Source: Prochlorococcus sp. AG-409-L21
GTDB lineage: Bacteria; Cyanobacteriota; Cyanobacteriia; PCC-6307; Cyanobiaceae
Assembly (NCBI GenBank): GCA_003215475.1
Contig: QCKH01000001.1
Span: forward strand, 76,085-140,084
Direction: 5' to 3'
Length of the DNA stretch: 64,000 nucleotides
Below, piece by piece: positions 40,022 to 50,745 of the stretch. The notes under the pieces were generated by a model. It was given only the letters and a program-made list of their open reading frames with translations. It made no database searches and was not told the origin of the DNA. Position numbers and translations under genes: made by a program. Within the stretch, counting starts at the first letter, position 1. The number at the start of each line of letters is the position of its first letter.

Positions 40022-42013
40022 TCAGGATTTTTCAAATTGATAGCTCGATGAAGGCTGAAGTTTCCAGGAACCATCTCCTCCAAGTTCTAATACAGATTCA
40101 TGGAAGTCTATAAGAGTTGGTCTATGACCAACACTAATGACTGCAAGATCCCTTTTTCTTAAAAGACTATATAAGTGCTCTTCTGTAGTTATATCTAAAG
40201 CGCTGGTTGCTTCATCTAAAACTGCAAATCTTGGAGCGTTTAGTAGTAATCTTCCAAAAGCAAGTCTTTGTTGCTCTCCTAAAGAAAGTATTCTTGGCCA
40301 ATCTTGTTTAATAGTTAAATCAGGGTATCGATCAATAAGTGATGCAAGATTGACCTCTGTTAGAACTGATCGAAGGTGGTCATCACTAAATTTATTCTCG
40401 TCAGTTGGATAGCACAATTGCTCTCTTAGAGAACCTAAAATAAGATAAGGTTTTTGTGGGATAAATAATAATTCTCCTTTTTTTGGTCTTTCAATATTGC
40501 CATTTTCTGGTTTCCATAAACCACTAATCATACGTAACAAAGATGTTTTACCACACCCCGAAGGACCTACGACTAACAAAGTATCTGCTTCATTGATACT
40601 TAAGCTGAGGTTTTTAATTATAGGAGAATTGCTACCAGGTGGGAAAAGGTTAGTGTTATTAATAAGTATAGATTTATCGTTGATTGAATATTCATCGTTC
40701 TGTTCAATAGTTAAACCTTGACTAACTTCTGCTATTTTTGATTGAAATCCAGCTAAACGATTAATACCTGCTGTAAATTTAGCAAGTTCTTCTATTTGAT
40801 TAACGACAAAGAATAAGGAACTTTCAACCATTCCAAAAGCAAAACTAGCTTGTATGAATCTTCCATAATCTATCTCTCCAGCAAAATATGGAATAGCCAT
40901 AATTAAATAAGGGAAGAAATTACCTGCATAGTTAATTGAACGTTTTATTGCAAAAATAATAGCTTTCCAAATAATTAGCAAATTAAAATTTCTGACGACT
41001 TCACCAAGTCTTCTTTGTGATTCAACTTTTTCAGGCCCTTCGCCCGAATAAAATGCTATTGATTCAGCATTATCTCTTATGTGAACTAATCCATATCTAA
41101 AGTCAGCTTCATATCTAAGTTGATCATAATTAATACTCACAAGCTTTTTACCTGCTATAACTAATACGCTAGTTGCAAAAGCTGCATACGCAAATAAAGA
41201 GAATGTTAATGTCTTACTTATGCTATATAGAATAATTATATTCAAAGCAAATGTAAGAAATGCATCAAAGATACCAAGTGTGAAGTTTAAACTTTGTTCG
41301 GTAAATGATTTCGTATCATCAGAGATTCTTTGGTCTGGATTATCTACATCTGTAGCTAATTCATCATTAGGATTTAGAGTGTAATAAGCTTGGTTCTTCA
41401 TATAATCAGAAATTAGACTTTTTGATAACCATTCTCTCCATATAATTCCCAGTTTAAATGTGATAAATATTTGAGACAATCTAATTGGAAGAGCAATTAC
41501 AAAGCAACAGGCATATATTCCAAGAATCTTATAAAATCCATCTTCCCGTTTTTCTACTAATGCATTTGTAAGATCTCTTGCTATAAAACCAATGCCTGCA
41601 TTAATTCCATTCACACCTAGCAGCATTAAAACAATAACCCCTAATAAAACCCAGTGAATCCATCGTTTACTTCTTAATTGATGCCTAACACTAAAGAAAC
41701 TTAGCCCACCAATGACAAAGCACCCACTTAACAACCATCCCCATAATGAGTTCCATATGTATTTAACAGTATTAACTACACCACCAAAATATTTCTCAAT
41801 AAGAATAGGCCAGAAATTTTCAGAGATTTCTATAACTCCAGTTAAAAGTATTAATACAATTCCTCCAACACAAAAAAGTAACGAGATTAGTAGCCATATA
41901 AATTGCAATCCGTTGCTTTGATCTAATGGTAGGAAAAATGGTTGAGCTAGTTTTCTTAGGCTATGTAACTGCTCTCTAGGAGATTTCTTATTAGAAAGGT
42001 TTTGATCTGTCAT
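40022..42013 (-). CDS. ABC transporter, fused permease/ATPase (ABCD/YddA-like)
   Basis: DNPDQRI, NAESIAFY, GPSGCGKTS, LSLGEQQR, LDEATSALD. Confidence 0.92.
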   Translation of the reverse strand: MTDQNLSNKKSPREQLHSLRKLAQPFFLPLDQSNGLQFIWLLISLLFCVGGIVLILLTGVIEISENFWPILIEKYFGGVVNTVKYIWNSLWGWLLSGCFVIGGLSFFSVRHQLRSKRWIHWVLLGVIVLMLLGVNGINAGIGFIARDLTNALVEKREDGFYKILGIYACCFVIALPIRLSQIFITFKLGIIWREWLSKSLISDYMKNQAYYTLNPNDELATDVDNPDQRISDDTKSFTEQSLNFTLGIFDAFLTFALNIIILYSISKTLTFSLFAYAAFATSVLVIAGKKLVSINYDQLRYEADFRYGLVHIRDNAESIAFYSGEGPEKVESQRRLGEVVRNFNLLIIWKAIIFAIKRSINYAGNFFPYLIMAIPYFAGEIDYGRFIQASFAFGMVESSLFFVVNQIEELAKFTAGINRLAGFQSKIAEVSQGLTIEQNDEYSINDKSILINNTNLFPPGSNSPIIKNLSLSINEADTLLVVGPSGCGKTSLLRMISGLWKPENGNIERPKKGELLFIPQKPYLILGSLREQLCYPTDENKFSDDHLRSVLTEVNLASLIDRYPDLTIKQDWPRILSLGEQQRLAFGRLLLNAPRFAVLDEATSALDITTEEHLYSLLRKRDLAVISVGHRPTLIDFHESVLELGGDGSWKLQPSSSYQFEKS

Positions 42014-42211
42014 GAGGATATCTTAAGTTTCTATTCTTGAAAAAAATTATATAATACAATTCTATTATTATTATGGGAGTATTGTTTACAGTAAAGCTTC
42101 AAACATAATTAAAACTTACTATTTTAATAATTCCCACTAGAATTCTATTAGCCTTTAAAAGGCTGGTTTGCACCTAAGCCAATTAGGAAATTATTTTAAT
42201 TTTTTGTATTA

Positions 42212-42553
42212 CTAACCTGGGGGCCAAAGTAATTTTCTTCCCCCAATAATATGAATATGAAGGTGGAAAACAGTTTGCCCTGCCTCTTCTCCAGTATTAA
42301 TTACAGTTCGCCAATTTTCTAGTTCTTGCTCTTTAGCGATTTTAGCGGATACAATCATTAAATGGCCTAGTAAATTCTTATCTGAAGTCTCTACTTCTTT
42401 AAGACTAGCAATAGTTTTTCTTGGAATTACTAAGATATGGACTGGAGCTTGAGGTTGAATATCACGAAACGCAATACAATGTTCATCACTATAGACTTCA
42501 TCACAGGGGATTTCCCTTTTTAAAATTTTACTGAAGATAGTTTCCTCAGTCAT
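42212..42553 (-). CDS. Histidine triad (HIT) nucleotide-binding protein
   Basis: FRDIQPQAPVHILVIP, HLHIHIIGGR, WPPG. Confidence 0.95.
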   Translation of the reverse strand: MTEETIFSKILKREIPCDEVYSDEHCIAFRDIQPQAPVHILVIPRKTIASLKEVETSDKNLLGHLMIVSAKIAKEQELENWRTVINTGEEAGQTVFHLHIHIIGGRKLLWPPG

Positions 42554-42681
42554 CTTAATCTCCGTAGAATTTGTTGTTTTAAGATAATTGGATCTTAGAT
42601 GGTATTAAGCATTTTGAGGCTATTCTAAATCCTACTAAGAATGATTTTGAATTTGATGTAATAAAAATAGTTTTGGGATTC

Positions 42682-43284
42682 TCAAATTGAAATTACGTCT
42701 TTTTTATTAAAACCATGCTCTTTTAACTCGTTTTTTAAATCTTTTTCATTAGTAACTCTATCAACAAAAAGTACACCTTTCAGATGATCCATCTCATGCT
42801 GAATGCAGCGTGCTAGTAGACCATCTGTACTCAGTTTTTTTGGTCTTCCCATTTCATCACGAAAGTTGACTTTAATAGATGATGGTCTAATAACATTTAG
42901 ATAGACTCCAGGAATACTTAAGCAGCCTTCTTCATAAGTATCTATGGAAGCACTAAATTCTGTAATTTCAGGATTAATTAGAATAATTGGAGGAGTAGTA
43001 GAGTTTTCAAAATCTAAATCAATTACTAAAAGTTCTTTATTCACTCCTACTTGGGGTGCTGCCAGTCCAATACCTTTAGCTGAATACATACTATGAAGCA
43101 TTTTTTTTACTAGCTCTCGAACAGAAGAATCAACCTTGCTAATTCTTTTAGCTGATTGACGTAAAGCTGAGCTTCCTAAAGTTTCAATTTTTAGTTCAGG
43201 TTCTTCTATAGGTTGTTTAGAAACAATAAGAGATGTTCTCTTTCTTTCTTCGTTTTTGGCAAGTTGAGAAAAACTTCGTGACAA
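42682..43284 (-). CDS. def: Peptide deformylase
   Basis: GIGLAAPQVG, EGCLS, QHEMDHL. Confidence 0.97.
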   Translation of the reverse strand: MSRSFSQLAKNEERKRTSLIVSKQPIEEPELKIETLGSSALRQSAKRISKVDSSVRELVKKMLHSMYSAKGIGLAAPQVGVNKELLVIDLDFENSTTPPIILINPEITEFSASIDTYEEGCLSIPGVYLNVIRPSSIKVNFRDEMGRPKKLSTDGLLARCIQHEMDHLKGVLFVDRVTNEKDLKNELKEHGFNKKDVISI

Positions 43285-43380
43285 GGATCATTTTTTCTAG
43301 CTCACCTTAATTTTATCTTTTTTGCTAATTAATTAAACGATTGCTCTATAAAATTCAAATATAGAGATTTCACGAGTTCT

Positions 43381-45312
43381 ATTATTTTTCAAAATTCTCT
43401 TGATGCAGAAAGTGTTTTTAGCTTTTCTCCTAAGCTAAAAGAACCTCGTTTAGTTGGTAACTGGATTTTATGGTTAGAGCAAAGACCAAATGAGGGGGGA
43501 AGATCAACTGTCTTAATTCGCCCCTGGAATCGACCGGAATTGTCTCCGCAGGAGCTTACACCAGCTCCATGTAATGTTAGAAGTCGAATTCATGGTTATG
43601 GGGGCGGTGCTTTAGCTGTTGCTACTTCTTTGGACCAACTTTTTTTAGTTTGGGTAGATGATTGTAACGGGTGTTTATGGACACAAACATGGGAAGGGAT
43701 ATTAAATTTATCCAATCGCAAAGAATTAATTTTAAAGAAACTAACTCAGCCTATTTGTATTTCTAAAAAAGATAGCTCTTTTTTGGGTGATGGTCTTATT
43801 GATATAAAAAGAATGCGATGGTTAGGCGTTATGGAGAAAGATAAAAAGGATTTTTTAACATCATTTTCTTTATTAGAAGAATTCCAAGACCCAAATATTG
43901 TTTATAGGGCTTTAGATTTTATTGGTTATGTTCAACTAAGTCCTGATAGTGCAAAATTAACATGGATTGAATGGAATCAACTTTCCATGCCTTGGGACCA
44001 AAGTCAGGTTTTTGTAGGCTATATGACTAATTCTGGAGAACTATCTGCTTCTTTTTCGATAACTGAAGGTTGCTTCAATAGTGAATTACCTACTTCTTTC
44101 TTTCAGCCAATTTGGTTAACTAATTATAATTTAATAGTCTCTGAAGATAGCAGTGGCTGGTGGAATTTAACGCTTTTTGAGATTAAGAAGGAAAATCCAT
44201 TAAAATTTAATTGTAAATCAATTTGTAAATTAAAGGAAGAAACAGCCATGCCTCAATGGGTTGCAGGTATGTCTACAATTTCAGTATCTAATAAACAAAT
44301 TGTCGCTTTATCCTGTGATAATTCAATTTGGAAACTGAATGTTATTAGTTTAGATGGGAATCTTGAAAGAATTGATTTACCTTTTGATGATTTGTCTTAT
44401 TTAGATGTAAGTAAAGACCGGGCAGTCATGATTGCAAGTAATCCATATAAGGAATCGACACTCTTGGAAGTAGATCTAAAAAAAAGAAGGTGGAGCAACG
44501 CAATTAAGAAAGAAACTTTTCTATTGGTTGATCAAGAAATTAGCGTTGGTGAAAGTCTATGGTTTTCAGGCTTTAATAATCTGAGAACTCATGCTTGGTA
44601 TTATCCTCCTATTCAGAGAAGAAAGAATAAAAGCCCTTTATTAGTGAAAATTCATAGTGGCCCAACAGGAATGGCTTCAAGAGGTTTCAATCGAGTTTTT
44701 CAGTTTTGGACTTCAAGAGGTTGGGGTGTGCTAGATGTGAATTACTCTGGATCTTCAGGATTTGGAAGAGAATATCGTCATCGGCTTAAGGGGAGATGGG
44801 GTCAGATTGATGTAATTGATTGTTATTCTGCTGTTTTGGAACTTGTGAGATTAGGTAAAGCCGATAAAGAATACATAGCTATTGAAGGTTCTAGCGCAGG
44901 TGGTTTTACTGCTTTAGGGTGTTTATGTTATTCAAATATTTTTAAAGTTGCTGCTTGTAAGTATCCCGTAACAGATTTGATTGCTATGCATAAGACAACA
45001 CATCGATTTGAGCAAGGCTATTTAGATTACTTAGTAGGTCCGTTCCCTGAGAATACAAATAAATATATTAATAATTCCCCTGTTAACAATCTTGATAAGA
45101 TAACTTCTCCAGTTATCTTTTTTCATGGCTTAAAAGATAACGTTGTTATGTTAAATCAAGTAAGTGAGATTTATTATCAACTTAAAAATAAACTTATACC
45201 AGTAGAGCTAAAGACTTTTAAGGATGAGGGCCATGGTTTCAGAGATTCAATTACTAATATTCAGGTATTAAATCTTACAGAGGAATTCTTTAAACATCAT
45301 TTAAGACTTTAA
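43381..45312 (+). CDS. S9 family (prolyl oligopeptidase/acylaminoacyl) peptidase; start uncertain, upstream of the ORF-track call
   Basis: HSGPT, NYSGSSGFG, GSSAGG nucleophile, HG..D, EGHGF; frame open from 43333 with WLEQRPNEGGR before 43540. Confidence 0.88.
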   Translation: MIFQNSLDAESVFSFSPKLKEPRLVGNWILWLEQRPNEGGRSTVLIRPWNRPELSPQELTPAPCNVRSRIHGYGGGALAVATSLDQLFLVWVDDCNGCLWTQTWEGILNLSNRKELILKKLTQPICISKKDSSFLGDGLIDIKRMRWLGVMEKDKKDFLTSFSLLEEFQDPNIVYRALDFIGYVQLSPDSAKLTWIEWNQLSMPWDQSQVFVGYMTNSGELSASFSITEGCFNSELPTSFFQPIWLTNYNLIVSEDSSGWWNLTLFEIKKENPLKFNCKSICKLKEETAMPQWVAGMSTISVSNKQIVALSCDNSIWKLNVISLDGNLERIDLPFDDLSYLDVSKDRAVMIASNPYKESTLLEVDLKKRRWSNAIKKETFLLVDQEISVGESLWFSGFNNLRTHAWYYPPIQRRKNKSPLLVKIHSGPTGMASRGFNRVFQFWTSRGWGVLDVNYSGSSGFGREYRHRLKGRWGQIDVIDCYSAVLELVRLGKADKEYIAIEGSSAGGFTALGCLCYSNIFKVAACKYPVTDLIAMHKTTHRFEQGYLDYLVGPFPENTNKYINNSPVNNLDKITSPVIFFHGLKDNVVMLNQVSEIYYQLKNKLIPVELKTFKDEGHGFRDSITNIQVLNLTEEFFKHHLRL

Positions 45313-46553
45313 GAATTTTTCTTTATAAATTGAATATTTGTATTAAGTGCTTCAATAAACAGATCTATTTCATCTTTGGTAGTTGTAAAGCTTAGACTCG
45401 CTCTTGCTGTTGAGTTTAAGCCATAATATTTATGAAGTGGTTGGCAACAATGATGTCCACTTCGAATACAAATATTATTAGAATCTAATAATTCAGAAAT
45501 ATCATTAGAGTGTATGCCATCTATATAAAAAGTAACTAATGCTCCTCGATCATTTATCTCAGTAGGTCTGGGCCCTAAAATATTTATACCTTCTATTTTT
45601 TCGAGTTTATGGAAAAGATATTTTGTTAGTTCTTTTTCATATTTTCTTATCTCATCTAAACCAATAGAATTGAGATAAGTAATCGCTGCTCCCATTCCAA
45701 TTGCTTCTCCAATAGAGGGCGTACCAGCTTCAAATTTAAAGGGTAAATCAGCCCAGCTACTTTCATATAATGATACATCTTGGATCATTTCCCCTCCACC
45801 TAGGAATGGAGGCATTGTCTCTAATATGCTTTCCTTTGCCCATAAGAATCCGCATCCAGTGGGACCGCATAGTTTGTGTGAAGAGCCTGCTAGAAAATCA
45901 ATATTTAATGAATTGACGTTTATGGGTAAATGAGCAAGACTTTGACATGCGTCTAACAGTACTAAGGCTCCAACATTACGGGCAATTCTGGATATCTCTT
46001 CAATTGGATTACAACTTCCTAAGGTATTACTGATGTGTAGAAGACTTATAAGTTTAGTCTTTTGATTTACTTTGCTACGTAAATCATTCATATCCAGTTC
46101 TCCATCCTTCGTGATTCCTACATAACGAATTTTAAAACCTTTACGTTTTGCAAGTAATTGCCATGGAACAACATTGCTATGGTGCTCCATCAATGTTAAA
46201 AGAATTTCATCTCTTTCTTGTAATTGAGAATCACCCCATGAGTTTGCAACTAGATTTATTGCTTCAGTTGCATTTCGAGTGAAAATAATCTCTCTACTGG
46301 AGTATGCATTAATGAATTTTCCCGTTATATTTCTGGCTTCTTCAAATGCTTCAGTTGCTTTTGTGCTTAATTGATGGGCACCTCTATGAACATTTGCATT
46401 CTGAAAACTATAATAGTGCACAAGTTTCTCAATGACTTGAGTAGGTTTTTGACTTGTTGCTGCATGATCTAAATAAATTAGATTGTTACTTTCATTTGAC
46501 TCTTCCGAGAAAAGAGGAAAATCTTTTCTTGTTTTTTCCGCAAGATTTTCCAT
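45309..46553 (-). CDS. sufS: Cysteine desulfurase SufS
   Basis: YLDHAATSQKP, SSHKLCGPTG, RSGHHCCQP. Confidence 0.96.
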   Translation of the reverse strand: MENLAEKTRKDFPLFSEESNESNNLIYLDHAATSQKPTQVIEKLVHYYSFQNANVHRGAHQLSTKATEAFEEARNITGKFINAYSSREIIFTRNATEAINLVANSWGDSQLQERDEILLTLMEHHSNVVPWQLLAKRKGFKIRYVGITKDGELDMNDLRSKVNQKTKLISLLHISNTLGSCNPIEEISRIARNVGALVLLDACQSLAHLPINVNSLNIDFLAGSSHKLCGPTGCGFLWAKESILETMPPFLGGGEMIQDVSLYESSWADLPFKFEAGTPSIGEAIGMGAAITYLNSIGLDEIRKYEKELTKYLFHKLEKIEGINILGPRPTEINDRGALVTFYIDGIHSNDISELLDSNNICIRSGHHCCQPLHKYYGLNSTARASLSFTTTKDEIDLFIEALNTNIQFIKKNS

Positions 46554-46555
46554 TA

Positions 46556-47743
46556 TTAATTAATGGGATTAAGATATTTTGAGAGATAAGACCATTTCTC
46601 TAGATTGCAAGGTAATAAATTAAGAATATCCTTGCAAAAGCCATTTAAAATTAAATTATTTGCTCTTTTCTTATCAATTCCTCGACTTTGTAAATAAAAG
46701 ATCTCTTCCTTTTCTAATTGGCTAATGGTTGCACCATGATTGCATTTAACATCATCGGCTACAATTTTCAATTGTGGACTGGTATCTACTTTTGCTTGAG
46801 AAGATAAGATAAGGTTTTTGCTTAATTGAGAAGCTTGAGTCTTTTGGGCAATTTTTGGGACTTCAATCGATCCAGAGAATATTGAATGTGATTGATCATC
46901 CGAGATTGACTTTTGTATTTGATTAAGGTTTCCTCCAGGTCCATCAAACCGAATCAATGAATGTGTTGCTAATTGATTTTGATTATTTGAAACTTGTAAA
47001 CCATTTATTTGTGTTGAAGCATTTCCATCTAATTGATTTACATATTGTTCTATACGACTAAGACTCCAGCCTTCTTGAAAACAAGTTAAAGAGTAATTAC
47101 TCTTTTCTTTCTGCCTAATAGAAATAGTTGTTAATAGTTTTGAGGATGATTCACCCACTGCTAATAAACCATGATTAACTGTTGAATCTCCTTCAATAAA
47201 AATATCTATTAAATGACTATGGGCTGAAAATTCTGATCCTTTGATGACTTCTAGAATTTCTAAGGAGGCACCTTCTTCAACTATTAAAATCACTCTAGAA
47301 GTGGATAATTCTTTCTTTGAATTAGGTATAACTATTTCTAAAGATTGTATTTCCTTACTTTTAAGTTTCAATGCGATTAGGTTATTATTTATTGCATTAT
47401 TTAGAGTTGCTAAAAAGTTTGATGACTGATTGATCAAATTATTATCTGATAGATACTTGATAACGTCATCATCATTAATTCTCTCAATTGTTTCATTTGA
47501 AATATCAGCTTTTACAATATCTTCAGAATTTAGGAAGATTTGGATAGAATTTTTTGTTGTATTTATAGGTAGTTTAAATACATCCCTTAATCTGCTCAGA
47601 TTACTCAATCGCCAACCTTCTGAAGATTTCTGGGGTAAGAGTTCTTCGCTTAAAAAGTTCCTAGCATCTTGTTGTATTTTTGAGAAGCTTCCATTAATTT
47701 TAGGTAGACTTTCTATCCATTCAGTGGTTAGTTTTTCTTTCAT
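46556..47743 (-). CDS. sufD: Fe-S assembly protein SufD
   Basis: E.WR..N near N-terminus, PQLKIVADDVKCNHGAT, FYLQSRGI. Confidence 0.92.
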   Translation of the reverse strand: MKEKLTTEWIESLPKINGSFSKIQQDARNFLSEELLPQKSSEGWRLSNLSRLRDVFKLPINTTKNSIQIFLNSEDIVKADISNETIERINDDDVIKYLSDNNLINQSSNFLATLNNAINNNLIALKLKSKEIQSLEIVIPNSKKELSTSRVILIVEEGASLEILEVIKGSEFSAHSHLIDIFIEGDSTVNHGLLAVGESSSKLLTTISIRQKEKSNYSLTCFQEGWSLSRIEQYVNQLDGNASTQINGLQVSNNQNQLATHSLIRFDGPGGNLNQIQKSISDDQSHSIFSGSIEVPKIAQKTQASQLSKNLILSSQAKVDTSPQLKIVADDVKCNHGATISQLEKEEIFYLQSRGIDKKRANNLILNGFCKDILNLLPCNLEKWSYLSKYLNPIN

Positions 47744-47746
47744 TGA

Positions 47747-48514
47747 TTATTTATTGATAGTTTCAAGCATTTCATAGCCTGATTCTTCTAGTTGAATTGC
47801 AAGTTCTTTATTACCTGTTTTGATGATTTTTCCATCTTTCATAACATGAACATAATCAGGCTTGATTTCATTTAATAAGCGTTGATAATGTGTAATTAAT
47901 ATAGTGGCTGTTTTATTTGAATGTAGCGTTTTGATTCCTTTAGCAACTATCCTGAGAGAATCTATATCTAAGCCAGAATCGGTTTCATCAAGTATTGAAA
48001 TGATTGGTTCTAGAAGAGCCATTTGAAGAATTTCATTGCGTTTTTTTTCACCACCAGAAAAACCTTCATTCACTCCTCTATCTAGGAAGTTTTTCTCCAT
48101 TTTCACGATATCTAGTTTTTCTTCAATCCATTCTTCAAATTCAAAACTATCTAGCTCAGCTTGATTTAATTCTTTTCTTCGAGCATTGACTGAAACTCTG
48201 AGAAAGTCAATATTTCTAACCCCTCCTATTTCTATTGGATATTGAAAGCCAAGAAAAATACCTTTTTGAGACCTTTCTTCCGGCTCTAATGAATTGATAT
48301 CTATATTTCTAAATAGAATTTTTCCAGAAATGATTTCATAAGAAGGATGACCAGCAATAATTTTTGAAAGTGTACTTTTTCCACTGCCATTGCGCCCCAT
48401 AATCGCATGAATTTCATTTTCATATATTTTTAAATTGACACCATTTAATATTCTTTCTCCTGGGATCCCTGCAACTAGATCCTTAACTTCTAGAATAATT
48501 TGTTTTGAAGACAT
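47747..48514 (-). CDS. sufC: Fe-S assembly ATPase SufC
   Basis: [31 protein letters not shown]. Confidence 0.97.
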   Translation of the reverse strand: MSSKQIILEVKDLVAGIPGERILNGVNLKIYENEIHAIMGRNGSGKSTLSKIIAGHPSYEIISGKILFRNIDINSLEPEERSQKGIFLGFQYPIEIGGVRNIDFLRVSVNARRKELNQAELDSFEFEEWIEEKLDIVKMEKNFLDRGVNEGFSGGEKKRNEILQMALLEPIISILDETDSGLDIDSLRIVAKGIKTLHSNKTATILITHYQRLLNEIKPDYVHVMKDGKIIKTGNKELAIQLEESGYEMLETINK

Positions 48515-48548
48515 TTTTTACTTAAGTTGACTATTCATAGAATGAAAT

Positions 48549-49991
48549 TTAACCAATTGTACCTTCTAGTTTTAACTCTAGTAGGCTATCCGCTTCAGAG
48601 GCAAATTCCATTGGTAATTTATTAAAGACATCACGACAGAAGCCACTAACCATCATAGAAACTGCTTCTTCACTACTAATACCTCTACTCTTTAAATAAA
48701 AGAGTTGATCTTCTGAAATTTTTGAGGTGCTTGCTTCATGTTCGATACTTGCATTCATTCGTTGCGAATGAATATATGGATATGTATTTGCTTCGGCATT
48801 ATCTCCTATTAATAACGAATCGCATTGACTATAATTTTTTGCACCTGATGATTCACTCCCTATATGAACTAAACCTCTATAACTATTCTTTGAGTGTCCA
48901 GCACTTATTCCTTTACTAATAATAGTGGATTTAGTATTTTTTCCTATATGAAGCATTTTCGTACCGGTATCTGCTATTTGCTTGTTATTTGTTAAGGCGA
49001 CTGAATAAAATTCTCCAATAGAGCTATCTCCTTTCAAAATACAACTTGGATATTTCCATGTTATTGACGAGCCAGTTTCCACTTGGGACCAACTAATTTT
49101 ACTTCTCTTGCCCTTGCATAGTCCTCTCTTGGTAACAAAGTTGTATATTCCTCCAATGCCATTCTTATCCCCTGAATACCAATTTTGGACAGTAGAATAT
49201 TTAATTGATGCATCATCTAGGGCTATTAATTCTACTACTGCAGCATGTAGCGTATTTGTATCAAACATTGGTGCTGTACAACCTTCCAAGTAGCTAACAG
49301 ATGATTTTTCTTCAGCTATAATTAATGTTCTTTCAAATTGCCCTGTATCACCCGAGTTAATTCTAAAATATGATGATAATTCCATCGGGCAGGTTACACC
49401 TTTAGGTATTAGAACAAATGATCCATCGCTAAAAACTGCAGAGTTCAGAGCTGCAAAGAAATTATCATTAATAGGAACTACTTTACCTAGATATTTTTTA
49501 ATTATCTCGGGGTACTTCTGCACTGCTTCACTAATAGAGCAAAATATCACTCCATCTTCTGCTAATTTCTCCTTAAATGTTGTTGCAACTGAAACACTAT
49601 CGAAAACAGCATCTACTGCTACATTGGACAATCTTTTTTGTTCATTTAATGGTATACCTAATTTATCAAAAGTTTTAAGTATTTCTGGATCTACTTCATC
49701 TAAACTATTTTTTTTATCAATATCTTTAGGAGCCGAATAATAAATTATATCTTGATAATTTATATCTGGATAACCTAAGTCTGCCCATTTAGGTTCTTTC
49801 ATATTTTTCCATTTACTATACGCTTTTAGTCTGAAATCTAATAGAAATTTAGGTTCTTTCTTTTTTGCTGAAATTAATTTGATAACGGATTCGTTGATAC
49901 CTTTTGGTATCTTTTCACTTTCAATTTCTGTAAGGAAGCCATATTCATAGGATTTCTCCAGTATTTGTGAGACAGCTGAATTTTGAGTCAT
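48549..49991 (-). CDS. sufB: Fe-S assembly protein SufB
   Basis: [41 protein letters not shown]. Confidence 0.97.
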   Translation of the reverse strand: MTQNSAVSQILEKSYEYGFLTEIESEKIPKGINESVIKLISAKKKEPKFLLDFRLKAYSKWKNMKEPKWADLGYPDINYQDIIYYSAPKDIDKKNSLDEVDPEILKTFDKLGIPLNEQKRLSNVAVDAVFDSVSVATTFKEKLAEDGVIFCSISEAVQKYPEIIKKYLGKVVPINDNFFAALNSAVFSDGSFVLIPKGVTCPMELSSYFRINSGDTGQFERTLIIAEEKSSVSYLEGCTAPMFDTNTLHAAVVELIALDDASIKYSTVQNWYSGDKNGIGGIYNFVTKRGLCKGKRSKISWSQVETGSSITWKYPSCILKGDSSIGEFYSVALTNNKQIADTGTKMLHIGKNTKSTIISKGISAGHSKNSYRGLVHIGSESSGAKNYSQCDSLLIGDNAEANTYPYIHSQRMNASIEHEASTSKISEDQLFYLKSRGISSEEAVSMMVSGFCRDVFNKLPMEFASEADSLLELKLEGTIG

Positions 49992-50070
49992 GGCTATATC
50001 AAGCACTACCCAATATGGGTAAAAATGACATTTGTAATTAGGTTACATCCTATACAAACATTTTACGCTT

Positions 50071-50433
50071 ATGTACCCACAGTCGGATGGACAAATTAAT
50101 GGTCCACTGACCTTAGAGGAAGTTCAACGGATTGATGAAACGAATTTTTCTAGTATTGATAAGCATTCTCTAAGATTGTTAGCTCATTGTCTTGCATGCT
50201 TTAAAATCATTGCGAATCGTTCTAACAGAGGACCAGTGCCTAGTGAGTCTTCTTGTAAAGCTTGGTTGGATAATCAAAGTTTCTGTAAAGATGATGAGGG
50301 ATTTCGTAATGCTTTGCTTGAACAGTTTGCATCAGCTGGCAAGCAGTTAGAATTTTTAGCAAATCATTTCAGGATATCTCCTTTGGAATTAACTATTGAT
50401 CATTTAATTCTTTTTATCGAATCAAGGCGTTAG
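50071..50433 (+). CDS. Hypothetical protein divergent from sufB
   Basis: 120-aa ATG ORF containing HSLRLLAHCL. Confidence 0.75.
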   Translation: MYPQSDGQINGPLTLEEVQRIDETNFSSIDKHSLRLLAHCLACFKIIANRSNRGPVPSESSCKAWLDNQSFCKDDEGFRNALLEQFASAGKQLEFLANHFRISPLELTIDHLILFIESRR

Positions 50434-50745
50434 CTTGAAGAGAGCAATTAGCTTTCGACTGCAATTTTGGATCTACAGGTTGATCCCAAAGAAAAAATGG
50501 ACTCATTCACGTTTTAATTTATTGGAAAAATCTAATGATCCCCTGAGCTTTACCTTCAAAGAAAATCATTATTGTTTTAAATCCATTTTATTGATAACTC
50601 TTTGATAGCAATGCTTTTACCCTCTTCTTAGGCTTTTGATTCACTCTCTGGTAGTCAGTAGATGCTGACCACAGCCACGAAAAACTTCCAATAAGACGAA
50701 AATCAGAACATACTGAATCCCGAACAAAAAGGAGGTTATGAAGAC

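Noticed and set aside
42074-42136. Imperfect inverted repeat (tgggagtatt / aataattccca) as a MITE
   Set aside because: Short, imperfect, single copy, no target-site duplication seen
50033-50047. NtcA box upstream of sufB
   Set aside because: Spacing is GTA-N7-TAC rather than N8; kept only as an unassigned dyad
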